The notes under the pieces were generated by a model that was not told where the DNA came from, did no database searches, and saw only the letters and a program-made list of their open reading frames with translations. This document shows, in pieces, positions 30,620 to 42,121 of a stretch of 64,000 bases of DNA. The DNA is from an uncultured Lachnospiraceae bacterium (GTDB taxonomy: Bacteria; Bacillota; Clostridia; Lachnospirales; Lachnospiraceae): assembly GCA_900550235.1 (NCBI GenBank), contig URRQ01000007.1, positions 1,072 to 65,071 on the forward strand, written 5' to 3'. The position numbers and the translations under genes were made by a program. Each line of letters begins with the position of its first letter. Position 1 is the stretch's first letter.

Positions 30620-32449
30620 CTATTTGTTGAAATTGCTTCGTTTTCTTAATCTGGAATCTAAGATCTTTTTACGGATACGGAGACTTTTTGGTGTTACTTC
30701 CAATAATTCATCAGTTTCGATGAAGTCCAACGCTTCTTCCAAGCTTAAAATACGTGGTGTTGTCAATTTTAAAGCGTCGTCAGAACCGGAAGAACGTGTA
30801 TTTGTCAAATGTTTTGTCTTACATACATTCAGCTCAATATCTTCAGCTTTACCGTTTTGTCCAATGACCATACCGGCATATACTTTTTCGCCTGCTCCGA
30901 TAAATAAAGTACCACGTTCCTGGGCACTGAAAAGTCCGTAAGTAACAGATTCTCCTGTTTCAAAAGCGATGAGGGAACCTTGCTTACGATATTGGAAATC
31001 TCCTTTATATGGAGCATATCCGTCAAAAGCAGTATTTAAAATACCGTTTCCTTTTGTATCAGTCATGAATTCTCCACGGTATCCGATCAAACCTCTGGAA
31101 GGGATGGAAAACTCTAATCTTGTGTATCCGCTGCTGGAAGAACTCATAGCTGCAAGCTCACCTTTTCTCTGGCTTAACTTGTCGATTACAGTTCCTGTGA
31201 ATTCATCCGGAACATCAACATATGCAATTTCCATAGGTTCAAGAAGTTTTCCACGCTCGTCTTTTTTATAGAGAACTTCTGCTTTACTTACTGCAAATTC
31301 GTAACCTTCGCGGCGCATATTTTCGATAAGTACAGATAAGTGAAGTTCTCCTCGTCCGGATACTTTAAAGCTGTCTGTACTTTCAGATTCTTCAACTCGA
31401 AGGCTGACATCTGTATTTAATTCACGGAAAAGACGGTCGCGTAAGTGGCGGGAAGTAACATATTTACCTTCCTGTCCTGCAAAAGGACTGTCGTTGACAA
31501 TAAACTGCATGGCAATTGTCGGCTCGGAGATCTTCTGAAATGGAATGGCAACCGGATTTTCCGGTGAACAGAGAGTGTCTCCGATTGCGATATCAGAAAT
31601 ACCTGAAATGGCTACGATGGAACCAATGCCGGCTTCTTTTACTTCTACTTTATTTAATCCGTCAAATTCGTAGAGCTTGCTGATTTTTACTTTTTTCTTT
31701 TTGTCAGGTTCGTGTTCGTTTACAACAACCATATCCTGATTCACAGATATTTTTCCGTTGTCTACTTTTCCAACGCCAATACGTCCTACATATTCGTTAT
31801 AATCGATCGTACTGATAAGGACTTGTGTATCGGCATCCGGATCTCCTTCAGGAGCCGGGATGTAATCTAAGATTGTTTCAAATAACGGAATCATGTTTTT
31901 TGGATCTTCTGTAAGATCTAATACAGCATGTCCGGCTTTAGCGGAAGCGTAGACAAATGGACAATCCAATTGTTCGTCAGAAGCGTCAAGATCCATGAAG
32001 AGTTCTAATATTTCATCAATCACTTCGTCAGGTCTGGCTTCCGGACGATCGATTTTGTTGATGCATACAATAACCGGAAGATTTAGTTCCAATGCTTTTC
32101 TTAATACAAATTTTGTTTGTGGCATAGCGCCTTCAAAGGCGTCTACTACGAGAATTACTCCGTTTACCATTTTTAAAACACGTTCTACTTCTCCTCCAAA
32201 ATCAGCATGTCCCGGTGTGTCGATGATGTTGATTTTTGTGTTCTTATAATATACGGCAGTGTTTTTTGAAAGAATCGTAATTCCACGTTCACGTTCAATA
32301 TCGTTGGAGTCCATGACACGGTCTGCAACATCCTGGTTTTCACGGAAAACTCCGCTTTGCTTTAAGAGTTCGTCTACAAGGGTTGTTTTTCCATGGTCAA
32401 CATGGGCGATGATCGCAATATTTCTTATATCTTCTCTCTGGATTTTCAT
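30620..32449 (-). CDS. typA: Translational GTPase TypA/BipA
   Basis: [22 protein letters not shown] and GRGELHL motifs. Confidence 0.97.
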   Translation of the reverse strand: MKIQREDIRNIAIIAHVDHGKTTLVDELLKQSGVFRENQDVADRVMDSNDIERERGITILSKNTAVYYKNTKINIIDTPGHADFGGEVERVLKMVNGVILVVDAFEGAMPQTKFVLRKALELNLPVIVCINKIDRPEARPDEVIDEILELFMDLDASDEQLDCPFVYASAKAGHAVLDLTEDPKNMIPLFETILDYIPAPEGDPDADTQVLISTIDYNEYVGRIGVGKVDNGKISVNQDMVVVNEHEPDKKKKVKISKLYEFDGLNKVEVKEAGIGSIVAISGISDIAIGDTLCSPENPVAIPFQKISEPTIAMQFIVNDSPFAGQEGKYVTSRHLRDRLFRELNTDVSLRVEESESTDSFKVSGRGELHLSVLIENMRREGYEFAVSKAEVLYKKDERGKLLEPMEIAYVDVPDEFTGTVIDKLSQRKGELAAMSSSSSGYTRLEFSIPSRGLIGYRGEFMTDTKGNGILNTAFDGYAPYKGDFQYRKQGSLIAFETGESVTYGLFSAQERGTLFIGAGEKVYAGMVIGQNGKAEDIELNVCKTKHLTNTRSSGSDDALKLTTPRILSLEEALDFIETDELLEVTPKSLRIRKKILDSRLRKRSNFNK

Positions 32450-32698
32450 ATAAAGGTACCTTCTTTCTTATATTGATAACTTATGTTTCCCAGTTTCATT
32501 TCTTATTACAACTTATATAGTTTAGCAATCTCGGAGACGGATTACAAGCCTTTTTCTACAAAAAAGCGTGTAAAATGCGAATTGTGTCGAGATAAGACGT
32601 ACGGTTTTCCGTGCAAAAAAGTTCTGAAATGGTAAAATGTGAAATATACATGGTATAGATAATAAAATACGACGAAGAGGAAGGGAGATTTACATAGA

Positions 32699-33328
32699 AT
32701 GTCGGATAAGATTATTGAAAACAATCAGGTTACAATCACAGGAGAGGTGGCATCAGAGTTTACATTTAGTCATGAAGTATTTGGAGAAGGTTTCTACATG
32801 GTAGAAGTTTTGGTAAGAAGACTTAGTAATTCAGACGATCGGATTCCATTGATGATTTCGGAAAGGCTTATTGATGTGACACAAGACTACAGGGGAGAGT
32901 ACATTACGGTAAACGGACAATTCCGTTCATATAATAAACATGATGAGAATAAAAATCATCTTGTGCTTTCTGTGTTTGTAAGAGAGATAACGTTTGTAGA
33001 AGAAGAATTAGATGGAGCAAAGACAAATAATATCATGTTAGACGGTTATATTTGTAAAAACCCAATTTATAGAAAAACGCCTCTTGGAAGAGAGATCGCG
33101 GATTTATTGCTTGCAGTCAACCGTCCTTATGGGAAATCGGATTATATTCCGTGTATTTGCTGGGGAAGAAATGCAAGATATGCTTCTAATTTTGAAGTGG
33201 GCGAGCATGTGCAGATTTTTGGCAGAATACAAAGCAGAGAATATGTGAAAAAGATTACAGAAACAGAGACGGAAAAAAGAATGGCATATGAAGTCTCTGT
33301 AAGTAAGTTGGAATGTGCTGCAGAATAA
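32699..33328 (+). CDS. Double-OB-fold single-stranded DNA-binding protein
   Basis: Two SSB-like repeats (NQVTITG...GQFRSY and NIMLDG...GRIQSR). No acidic C-terminal tip. Confidence 0.88.
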   Translation: MSDKIIENNQVTITGEVASEFTFSHEVFGEGFYMVEVLVRRLSNSDDRIPLMISERLIDVTQDYRGEYITVNGQFRSYNKHDENKNHLVLSVFVREITFVEEELDGAKTNNIMLDGYICKNPIYRKTPLGREIADLLLAVNRPYGKSDYIPCICWGRNARYASNFEVGEHVQIFGRIQSREYVKKITETETEKRMAYEVSVSKLECAAE

Positions 33329-33342
33329 TATTTTTATAGACG

Positions 33343-33371
33343 TTGACAATCAAAAAATGAAATGATATGAT
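33343..33371 (+). promoter_or_regulatory. Sigma-A promoter of the dap operon
   Basis: TTGACA-N17-TATGAT with an extended TG. Confidence 0.8.
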
Positions 33372-33393
33372 GTCAATAATATAAATGACAGAA

Positions 33394-33560
33394 AGATAGA
33401 GGTTGCGTTTTTCATGAGTAGACTGTCTGATATTTCAGGGATAGGTAAGGACAGAAGAAAGGGAACGACGCCGAAGGGATACAATGCCTGAGAATTGTAT
33501 TCCTGGGCATACAGTGAAGAACTGTATGACTGCCGACGGATTTCCGACGGAGCGCTATCT
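33394..33560 (+). ncRNA. Lysine riboswitch (L-box)
   Basis: P1 AGATAG/CTATCT, with AGAGGTTGC, AGTA, GAAAGG, GCCGAA, TGGG, ACTG and GAGCGCTA in canonical order, upstream of dapA. Confidence 0.92.
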
Positions 33561-33594
33561 AAGATGCAGGATTAAAATAAATTGATCAGGTTCT

Positions 33595-33626
33595 TAGAGG
33601 CGAAACTTCTCGCCTCTATATTTTTT
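33595..33626 (+). terminator. Riboswitch expression-platform terminator
   Basis: TAGAGGCGA / TCGCCTCTA stem and T run before the dapA RBS. Confidence 0.8.
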
Positions 33627-33666
33627 CTGTTTTTCAATATTATTTAAATATCAGGAGGGAAAAGAC

Positions 33667-34557
33667 ATGGCTATTTTTACTGGTTCAGGAGTTGCACTGG
33701 TTACACCGTTTTTGGAGGATCAATCTGTAGATTATGAAGGATTGGATCAATTGATCGAATATCATTGTACTCATGCAACAGATAGTATTATTATTTGTGG
33801 GACAACAGGGGAATCCTCCACTTTATCAGAAGAAGAACATATGGATGTGATCAAATTTGCAGTAGAGCGTGTGAAAGGTCGGATTCCGGTGATTGCAGGA
33901 ACAGGATCTAATAGCACGAAGACAACGATCGATATGTCAAGAGAGGCTGTAGAATATGGCGTAGACGGGTTGCTTTTGGTAACTCCGTATTACAACAAGA
34001 CAACACAGGAAGGCTTGGTGCAGCATTATGCATGTGTGGCCAAAGAAGCAAAAGCGCCGATTATTATGTATAATGTAGGAAGCAGAACGGGGCTTAATAT
34101 TGAAGCGGTGACAGCGGCAAAAATTTACAAAACAGTAGAAAATGTTGTTGCAATCAAAGAGGCATCGGGAAACATTTCCCAAGTGGCAAAAGTAATGCAA
34201 TATACAGACGGGAAAATTGATCTCTATTCCGGAAATGACGATCAGATCGTACCAATATTATCTTTGGGTGGAAAAGGAGTAATCTCGGTACTTGCCAATG
34301 TTGCGCCGGATGAAACTCATGATATTTGTGCAAAATATTTTGCAGGAGACTGGAAAGGAAGTTTAGAGCTGCAAATGAAGGCATTGCCTCTTATTTCTCA
34401 GTTATTCTGTGAAGTGAATCCGATTCCGGTAAAAAAAGCGGTAGAGCTTATGGGACTTCCTTCGGGAGGTTTGCGTATGCCGCTTATTGAGATATCAAAA
34501 GGACATGAAGCAGAACTTGCAAAAGCGATGAAAGAATTTGGAATTGCTTTAAGATAA
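33667..34557 (+). CDS. dapA: 4-hydroxy-tetrahydrodipicolinate synthase
   Basis: GTTGES, TPYYNK, IKEASG and NPIPVK motifs. Confidence 0.95.
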   Translation: MAIFTGSGVALVTPFLEDQSVDYEGLDQLIEYHCTHATDSIIICGTTGESSTLSEEEHMDVIKFAVERVKGRIPVIAGTGSNSTKTTIDMSREAVEYGVDGLLLVTPYYNKTTQEGLVQHYACVAKEAKAPIIMYNVGSRTGLNIEAVTAAKIYKTVENVVAIKEASGNISQVAKVMQYTDGKIDLYSGNDDQIVPILSLGGKGVISVLANVAPDETHDICAKYFAGDWKGSLELQMKALPLISQLFCEVNPIPVKKAVELMGLPSGGLRMPLIEISKGHEAELAKAMKEFGIALR

Positions 34558-34580
34558 GAAAAATACGAGGAGTGACAAAA

Positions 34581-35342
34581 ATGGTAAAGATGATCATGCA
34601 TGGCTGCAATGGAAAAATGGGGCGTGTGATTACAGAGCTTGTAAAAAATGAAGAACAGCTGGAAATTGTGGCGGGAATAGATCGGTATACAGAAATTCAA
34701 AATACATATCCTGTATTTGAATCGATAGAAACATGTGATGTGGAAGCAGATGTTGTGGTAGATTTTTCTAATGCATCAGCGGTTGATGAACTTCTTACTT
34801 ATTGTGAAAAGAGAAGTCTTCCTGTTGTTCTATGTACAACAGGACTTTTGGAAGAGCAGCTGAAGCATGTGGAGGAAGCAAGTCAAAAAACAGCGGTGCT
34901 TCGTTCGGCAAATATGTCATTGGGAATCAATCTTTTAATGAAATTATTAAAAGATGCGGCAAAAGTGTTGGCTCCTGCAGGATTTGATGTGGAGCTGATA
35001 GAAAAACATCATAATCAGAAACTTGATGCTCCAAGCGGAACAGCGCTTGCACTTGCTGATTCTGTGAATGAAGCATTGGATCATGCATATACTTATAATT
35101 ATGATCGAAGTCAAGTGCGTAAAAAACGTGAAAAAAATGAAATCGGAATTTCTGCAGTCAGAGGCGGAACAATTGTAGGAGAACATGAAGTTTTGTTTGC
35201 AGGAACAGATGAAGTGATTGAATTTAAGCATACGGCATATTCAAGAACTGTATTCGCCAAAGGAGCGGTTGAAGCAGCAAAATTTTTAGCAGGGAAATCG
35301 GCAGGGCTTTATGACATGAGTCATGTGATCGGTTTATCATAA
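34581..35342 (+). CDS. dapB: 4-hydroxy-tetrahydrodipicolinate reductase
   Basis: GCNGKMG and EKHHNQKLDAPSGTA motifs. Confidence 0.96.
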   Translation: MVKMIMHGCNGKMGRVITELVKNEEQLEIVAGIDRYTEIQNTYPVFESIETCDVEADVVVDFSNASAVDELLTYCEKRSLPVVLCTTGLLEEQLKHVEEASQKTAVLRSANMSLGINLLMKLLKDAAKVLAPAGFDVELIEKHHNQKLDAPSGTALALADSVNEALDHAYTYNYDRSQVRKKREKNEIGISAVRGGTIVGEHEVLFAGTDEVIEFKHTAYSRTVFAKGAVEAAKFLAGKSAGLYDMSHVIGLS

Positions 35343-35457
35343 CTATAAAATTTCCTTTTTTTTCCTTATATCGAATGTGAATAGAATTTGAAAATTTGCG
35401 GATAGTATGAGTAAGAAGAAATTCTTATTTTATGACTGATAGAAAGGAAGAAAAAAG

Positions 35458-35781
35458 ATGAAACAGTTAAAGAAGACTCTTTTGGCTTTGTTGTGTGTTG
35501 GCGTACTTTTTGGAATGACAGCATGCGGTACAGATGAAACAACGAATGATCCAAACGTTCAGGATGCTACAGAAGGAAAGCAGGAGGAAAAAGATCCTGC
35601 AGACGATAGTGGTGTTCTGGAGGATGTAGGACGTGGCGTAGATCACGGTGTCCGGGATGTGGTAGATGGAGTAGAAGAAGGCGTGGAAGATATGACGGGT
35701 GGAGATGCTACAGATCGTGCCAACCATGCAGATACTTTAAAGGATACAGACAAAGAGAAGAATAATGGGACAGTACGATAG
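35458..35781 (+). CDS. Small acidic lipoprotein
   Basis: Signal peptide II with MTAC lipobox, D/E/G-rich body, followed by a terminator. Confidence 0.8.
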   Translation: MKQLKKTLLALLCVGVLFGMTACGTDETTNDPNVQDATEGKQEEKDPADDSGVLEDVGRGVDHGVRDVVDGVEEGVEDMTGGDATDRANHADTLKDTDKEKNNGTVR

Positions 35782-35839
35782 TTTCAGAAGAGGGAGGGTT
35801 CTATGGAACACTTCCTCTTTTTGTGAAGGGAGAAAGAAT

Positions 35840-36610
35840 ATGAAATTTCGTCCATGCATTGATATACATAACGGAAAGGTCAGACAAATTGTAGGAAGCA
35901 GTTTGAAGGATGAGAAAGATCAGGCGGAGATTAATTTTACATCTGAACAAAGTGCGGCAGATTATGCGGCTTTATACAAGAAAGATGGATTGAAAGGAGG
36001 ACATATCATTCTTTTGAATCCGCCGTCTTCCAAGTTTTTCGCAGAAACAAAAGAGCAGGCAATAAAAGCATTGCAAGCCTATCCGGAAGGACTACAGATT
36101 GGAGGCGGCATACAAGCAGACAATGCAATGGAGTATTTGGAGCAGGGGGCAAGCCATGTGATCGTGACGTCTTATGTATTTCAAAATGGTGAGATTGTGT
36201 GGGACAACCTCGACAAGATGAAAAAAGTAGTAGGGAAAAACAGGCTTGTTTTGGATTTGAGCTGTAGAAAAAAAGAAGATGGTTACTATATTGTGACAGA
36301 TCGGTGGCAAAAATTTACAAAGGTGAAATTAGAAGAATCAATATTAGCTAAGTTGGAAAAATACTGCGATGAATTTTTGATCCATGGAGTGGATGTGGAA
36401 GGAAAAGTTTCCGGAGTAGAAGAAAAACTTGTCCGTATGCTGGGAGCGTGGGATGGAATTCCGATCACATATGCCGGAGGAATTGGGACTTTGGAGGATT
36501 TAGAGGTGTTTGAACGAATTAGCAAAGGAAGGGTTGATTTCACAATAGGAAGCGCGCTTGATTTGTTTGGAGGATGTATTTCGTATAAAGACATTTGTAA
36601 GAGAAAGTAG
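35840..36610 (+). CDS. hisA: ProFAR isomerase, HIS6/eukaryote-type HisA
   Basis: FRPCIDIHNGKV, LQIGGGI, LVLDLSCR, DVEG and TIGSALD motifs. Confidence 0.88.
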   Translation: MKFRPCIDIHNGKVRQIVGSSLKDEKDQAEINFTSEQSAADYAALYKKDGLKGGHIILLNPPSSKFFAETKEQAIKALQAYPEGLQIGGGIQADNAMEYLEQGASHVIVTSYVFQNGEIVWDNLDKMKKVVGKNRLVLDLSCRKKEDGYYIVTDRWQKFTKVKLEESILAKLEKYCDEFLIHGVDVEGKVSGVEEKLVRMLGAWDGIPITYAGGIGTLEDLEVFERISKGRVDFTIGSALDLFGGCISYKDICKRK

Positions 36611-36678
36611 TTGAACTGACTGCAAGATAATGCTAGAATATAGAGTGGATTATTTAATTTTCAAACAAGGAGATTGTT

Positions 36679-39246
36679 ATGGGACTTTTAGAAAAGATTT
36701 TCGGTACACACAGCGAAAATGAATTGAAACGAATTTATCCGATCGTCGATCATATCGAGGCATTAGAACCTCAAATGAAGGAATTGTCGGATGCAGAATT
36801 GAAAGATAAAACAAGAGAGTTTAAAGAGAGACTTGCAAAAGGAGAAACATTGGATGACATTCTTCCGGAAGCATTTGCGGTAGTACGAGAAGCTTCTTTC
36901 CGTGTAAATCATATGCGTCATTTCCGTGTACAGTTGATTGGTGGAGTTATTTTGCATCAGGGACGTATCTCTGAGATGAAAACAGGAGAAGGTAAAACAC
37001 TCGTATCGACGGCGCCGGCTTATTTGAATGCGTTGGAAGGCAAGGGAGTACATATCGTAACAGTCAATGACTACCTTGCAAAACGTGATGCTGAGTGGAT
37101 GGGACGAATTCATGAATTTTTAGGATTAAAAGTTGGTGTTGTTCTTAATTCCATGGATAATGATGAACGTCGCGAAGCATACAATTGCGATATCACATAT
37201 GTTACCAACAATGAACTTGGATTTGATTATCTTCGTGATAACATGGTCATTTATAAAGAACAGCTTGTTCAGAGAGGCTTGCATTATGCCATCATTGATG
37301 AGGTCGATTCCGTATTGATCGATGAGGCAAGAACTCCGCTTATCATTTCCGGACAGAGTGGAAAGTCAACAAAATTATACGAAGCTTGCGATATTCTTGC
37401 AAGACAGCTGATCAAAGGTGAGGCAAGCGGCGAATTTTCCAAGATGAATGCGATCATGGGAGAGGAAATCGAAGAAACCGGAGATTTCATTGTAAATGAA
37501 AAGGAAAAGAACGTCAGCTTAACAGAAGATGGTGTGAAAAAGGTTGAGAAGTTCTTCCATATTGAAAACCTTGCAGATCCGGATAATCTCGAGATTCAGC
37601 ATAATATTGTTCTTGCATTAAGAGCACATAATTTGATGTTCCGTGATCAGGATTATGTAGTTACTCCTGAAGGCGAAGTTATGATCGTCGATGAGTTTAC
37701 AGGACGTATTATGCCGGGCCGTCGTTACTCTGACGGATTACATCAGGCAATCGAAGCAAAAGAACATGTGAAAGTAAGACGCGAAAGCAAGACGCTTGCA
37801 ACGATCACATTCCAGAACTTATTTAACAAGTTTGATAAAAAATGTGGTATGACAGGTACTGCTCTTACAGAAGAAAAAGAATTCCGTGATATTTATGGAA
37901 TGGATGTTGTTGAGATTCCAACAAACGTACCGGTACAGAGAATTGACATGGATGATGCAGTGTATAAAACTCAGGCAGAAAAATTCCGTGCGGTTGTAGA
38001 GGAAGTGAAAAAAGCTCATGAAAAAGGACAACCGGTTCTTGTTGGTACGATTACAATTGAGACTTCTGAACTATTAAGTAAAATGCTGAAGAAAGAAGGA
38101 ATCCATCATAACGTATTGAATGCGAAATTCCATGAAATGGAAGCGGAAATCGTCGCACAGGCAGGACAGCATGGAGCAGTTACGATTGCGACAAACATGG
38201 CAGGACGTGGTACGGATATCAAATTGGACGATGATGCAAAAGCAGCAGGCGGTCTTAAAATTATTGGTACAGAGCGTCATGAATCAAGACGTATCGACAA
38301 TCAGCTTCGTGGACGTGCCGGACGTCAGGGAGATCCGGGAGAATCCAGATTCTATATTTCTTTGGAAGATGATCTGATGAGACTGTTCGGTTCAGAACGA
38401 TTGATGAGCGTATTTAACACATTAGGCGTGGAAGACGGAGAGCAGATTGAACATAAGATGCTTTCCAATGCGATTGAAAAAGCGCAGAAGAAGATTGAAA
38501 GCAACAACTTTGGTATTCGTAAAAACCTCTTGGAGTATGACCAGGTTATGAATGAACAAAGAGAGATCATTTACGAAGAAAGACGTCGTGTGTTGGATGG
38601 AGAAAGTATGAGAGATTCCATCTATCATATGATTACGGAATATGTGGAAAATGTAGTAGATGCCAATATTTCACCGGATTTAGACTCTGATGAATGGGAT
38701 CTCGGAACATTGGAACGAGAACTTTGTGCAACCATTCCTCTGAACTTTGTGACACCGGATGAAGTAAAGAATATGCAGCAGAAAGAATTGAAGCATATTT
38801 TGAAAGAACGAGCAGTAAAAGCATATGAGGAAAAAGAAGCAGAATTCCCAGAGGCAGAGCATTTACGTGAGATTGAACGTGTTATTTTATTGAAAGTCAT
38901 TGATGCAAAATGGATGGATCATATTGATGACATGGATCAGCTCCGTCAGGGAATCGGTTTGCAGGCTTATGGACAGAAAGATCCTCTGGTTGAGTACAAG
39001 ATGTTAGGGTATGATATGTTTGGTGCAATGACCAATGCAATTGCGGAGGATACAGTAAGACTTCTTCTTCATATTAAAGTTGAGCAGAAGGTAGAAAGAG
39101 AACAAGTTGCAAAAGTAACGGGAACAAATAAGGATGATAGTGTAGCTCAGGCACCAAAGAAACGTGAAGAAAAGAAAGTTTATCCAAACGATCCATGCCC
39201 ATGTGGAAGCGGCAAGAAATATAAACAATGTTGTGGACGCAAATAA
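36679..39246 (+). CDS. secA: Preprotein translocase ATPase SecA
   Basis: [24 protein letters not shown] and C-terminal [13 protein letters not shown]. Confidence 0.98.
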   Translation: MGLLEKIFGTHSENELKRIYPIVDHIEALEPQMKELSDAELKDKTREFKERLAKGETLDDILPEAFAVVREASFRVNHMRHFRVQLIGGVILHQGRISEMKTGEGKTLVSTAPAYLNALEGKGVHIVTVNDYLAKRDAEWMGRIHEFLGLKVGVVLNSMDNDERREAYNCDITYVTNNELGFDYLRDNMVIYKEQLVQRGLHYAIIDEVDSVLIDEARTPLIISGQSGKSTKLYEACDILARQLIKGEASGEFSKMNAIMGEEIEETGDFIVNEKEKNVSLTEDGVKKVEKFFHIENLADPDNLEIQHNIVLALRAHNLMFRDQDYVVTPEGEVMIVDEFTGRIMPGRRYSDGLHQAIEAKEHVKVRRESKTLATITFQNLFNKFDKKCGMTGTALTEEKEFRDIYGMDVVEIPTNVPVQRIDMDDAVYKTQAEKFRAVVEEVKKAHEKGQPVLVGTITIETSELLSKMLKKEGIHHNVLNAKFHEMEAEIVAQAGQHGAVTIATNMAGRGTDIKLDDDAKAAGGLKIIGTERHESRRIDNQLRGRAGRQGDPGESRFYISLEDDLMRLFGSERLMSVFNTLGVEDGEQIEHKMLSNAIEKAQKKIESNNFGIRKNLLEYDQVMNEQREIIYEERRRVLDGESMRDSIYHMITEYVENVVDANISPDLDSDEWDLGTLERELCATIPLNFVTPDEVKNMQQKELKHILKERAVKAYEEKEAEFPEAEHLREIERVILLKVIDAKWMDHIDDMDQLRQGIGLQAYGQKDPLVEYKMLGYDMFGAMTNAIAEDTVRLLLHIKVEQKVEREQVAKVTGTNKDDSVAQAPKKREEKKVYPNDPCPCGSGKKYKQCCGRK

Positions 39247-39264
39247 TAGTAAAGAGGTGAGACT

Positions 39265-40378
39265 GTGGTTGAATTAGACCAGTTCAGAAGTACATTGAAC
39301 ACATACGAAAGACCATTGGAAGAACTGAGGGATTCACTTTGACCTTCCAGGGAAAAGGGAGCGTATAGAGGAATTACAGAAAAAGACAGAAGAAGCAGGG
39401 TTTTGGGAAATGGGAGAGCTACCCCAACGTGTGATGCGGGAAATGAAAGGACTGCAAAATACGGTAGATACCGGGGAAGCCTTGTTTACAGAGTATGAAG
39501 ATATCAAGATGCTGATTGAGATGGCCTATGAAGAAGAGGATGACAGTATAATAGGAGAATTGAGAAAAGAAATCCGTCGCTTTGAAAAACAATTCGAAGA
39601 AATTCGAATCAGTACACTTTTGTGTGGTCCTTATGATAAGGACCATGCAATCGTGACGCTTCATGCAGGAGCCGGAGGAACCGATTCTTGTGATTGGGCA
39701 ACAATGCTTTATCGTATGTATAATCGTTGGGCTGAAAAGAAAGGTTTCTCTATTACGGTGTTGGATTATATTGATGGAGATATCACAGGAATTAAAGGTG
39801 TTACGTTTGAAGTGAATGGAGAGAATGCCTATGGATATTTAAAATCCGAAAAAGGTGTGCATAGACTTGTGCGCATTTCTCCATTTAATTCTGCCGGAAA
39901 GAGGCAGACATCTTTTGTGTCTTGTGACGTGATTCCGGATATTGAAGATGATATTGACATTGAGATCAATGAAGATGAGTTGAAGATAGACACATATCGG
40001 GCAAGCGGAGCGGGAGGACAGCATGTCAATAAAACGTCGTCTGCGATACGCATTACTCATCTTCCGACAGGGATTGTTGTACAATGTCAAAATGAAAGAT
40101 CTCAGCATCATAACAAAGAGAAAGCAATGCAGATGTTGAAATCAAAGCTGTATTTAATGAAGCAACAAGAACAGGCAGAAAAAATGTCGGATATTCGTGG
40201 AGAGATAAAAGAAATAGGATTCGGAAGTCAGATCCGTTCTTATGTGATGCATCCATATACATTAGTAAAGGATCATCGAACAAATGAAGAAAACGGGAAT
40301 GTGACTGCAGTTCTGGATGGAGAACTGGATCCGTTTATCAACGCATATTTGAAAACATGCAATGGAGGCGGAGAGTAA
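39265..40378 (+). CDS. prfB: Peptide chain release factor 2 (programmed +1 frameshift)
   Basis: GTG 39265 reads MVELDQFRSTLNTYERPLEELRDSL to CTT TGA C (39337-39343). The +1 frame carries the SPF and GGQ motifs. Confidence 0.96.
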
Positions 40379-40401
40379 AAATCAGTTGGAAGGAGAACGT
40401 C

Positions 40402-40842
40402 ATGGATCATACAAAATATTATGTAGTTAAGAAAAAGGCAGTTCCTGAAGTACTTCTTAAAGTGGTAGAAGTAAAACGTCTGCTTGCTGCTGAACGGAAT
40501 ATTACGATTCAGGAAGCGGCAGATCGAATTGGAATCAGTCGAAGTTCTTTCTACAAATATAAAGATGATATTTTCCCATTTCATGAAAATGAAAAAGGGC
40601 AGACGATTACATTAGCTATCCAAATGGATGATGTGCCGGGGCTTCTTGCAGAAATTTTAAAAGAGGTTGCAAGTTATCGGGCGAATATATTAACCATTCA
40701 TCAAAGTATTCCACTAAATGGAGTGGCAACAATTACGCTAAGTGTTGAGATTCTTTCCACAACAGGGAATATTTCTGAAATGGTAAATGAAATAGAGATG
40801 AATGAAGGAGTACATTACTTAAAGATAGTAGGCAGGGAGTGA
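40402..40842 (+). CDS. HTH-ACT transcriptional regulator (ThrR/PheB, UPF0735 family)
   Basis: GISRSSFYKYKD HTH and NILTIHQ ACT domain, directly upstream of hom. Confidence 0.85.
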   Translation: MDHTKYYVVKKKAVPEVLLKVVEVKRLLAAERNITIQEAADRIGISRSSFYKYKDDIFPFHENEKGQTITLAIQMDDVPGLLAEILKEVASYRANILTIHQSIPLNGVATITLSVEILSTTGNISEMVNEIEMNEGVHYLKIVGRE

Positions 40843-40847
40843 GAAGA

Positions 40848-42065
40848 ATGGCGAAAGTCGCAGTATTAGGGTACGGAACAGTAGGATCCGGAGTTGTGGA
40901 AGTGTTGAATACCAACAAAGATCTTATTAAAGAACGGGCTTTAGAAGAAATATCAATTCGATATGTGCTTGATTTGAAAGAGTTTCCGGGAACTCCGGTA
41001 GAAAAATTGATCGTACATGATTTTGAACAGATTGTAAATGATGAAGAAGTAGATGTTGTTGTAGAAGTAATGGGTGGAATAGAACCTGCGAACACATTTG
41101 TGAGACGTTCGTTGGAAGCAGGAAAGAGTGTAGTTACTTCCAATAAAGCTCTTGTGGCAAAACACGGGGCAGAACTTTTGAAGACAGCAAAAGAACATCA
41201 GGTAAACTTTCTGTTTGAAGCCAGTGTAGGGGGAGGAATCCCGATCATACGCTCATTAAATAATGCGTTGACAGGGGATGAAATTGAAGAAATTACAGGA
41301 ATCTTAAATGGAACAACAAACTATATGATGACAAAAATGTTCTATGATGGAGCCGATTATAATGAGGTGTTAAAAGAAGCGCAGGATAATGGATATGCAG
41401 AGCGTAATCCGGAAGCGGATGTGGAAGGATATGATGCATGCCGTAAAATCGCAATTCTTTCTTCTATCATTTCCGGGAAATATGTGGATTTCGAGGAAAT
41501 TTATACAGAAGGTATTACAAGGATGACAGTTCGAGACATTCTGTATGCAAAGAAGATGGGAATGACGATCAAACTTCTCGCTTCTGCAAAACGTGAAGAT
41601 GACTGTGTGAGCGCAATTGTAGCTCCGTTTCTTTTACTGCCATCTCACCCTCTTTACAATATTGACGGAGTGTTTAACTCTGTATTTGTAAAAGGAAATA
41701 TGCTGGGGGACGCTATGTTCTATGGAAGCGGCGCAGGAAAACTTCCGACAGCAAGCGCAGTTGTCGGGGATATTGTGGACGTAGTGAAAAACAAAGGGCG
41801 TAATGTAATGGCTTCCTGGACAGAAGAAAAGCTGGAGTTGAAGAGCAAAGGAGATACGAAACGTAAGTTCTTTGTGAGAATGTCAGGAGACAAGGAAGAA
41901 TTACTTTCGAAAGTAGAAGCGGCGTTCGGTCCGGTTACGGTTATTACTTTAAAGGATGTGACAGATGAATTCGGTTTTGTAACAGGGCGAATCAAGGAAA
42001 GTATCTATAAGGCAATGGCAGCCGGATTCTCGAATATTCTTCAGATGATACGAGTGGAAGAATAA
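40848..42065 (+). CDS. hom: Homoserine dehydrogenase
   Basis: GYGTVG, EASVGGGIP, GILNGTTNY and GAGKLPTASA motifs. Confidence 0.96.
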   Translation: MAKVAVLGYGTVGSGVVEVLNTNKDLIKERALEEISIRYVLDLKEFPGTPVEKLIVHDFEQIVNDEEVDVVVEVMGGIEPANTFVRRSLEAGKSVVTSNKALVAKHGAELLKTAKEHQVNFLFEASVGGGIPIIRSLNNALTGDEIEEITGILNGTTNYMMTKMFYDGADYNEVLKEAQDNGYAERNPEADVEGYDACRKIAILSSIISGKYVDFEEIYTEGITRMTVRDILYAKKMGMTIKLLASAKREDDCVSAIVAPFLLLPSHPLYNIDGVFNSVFVKGNMLGDAMFYGSGAGKLPTASAVVGDIVDVVKNKGRNVMASWTEEKLELKSKGDTKRKFFVRMSGDKEELLSKVEAAFGPVTVITLKDVTDEFGFVTGRIKESIYKAMAAGFSNILQMIRVEE

Positions 42066-42121
42066 GAGAAGATGCATATGATAAAATAGACAGTACAAAG
42101 GTAAGCAGACAGGAGGAAACT

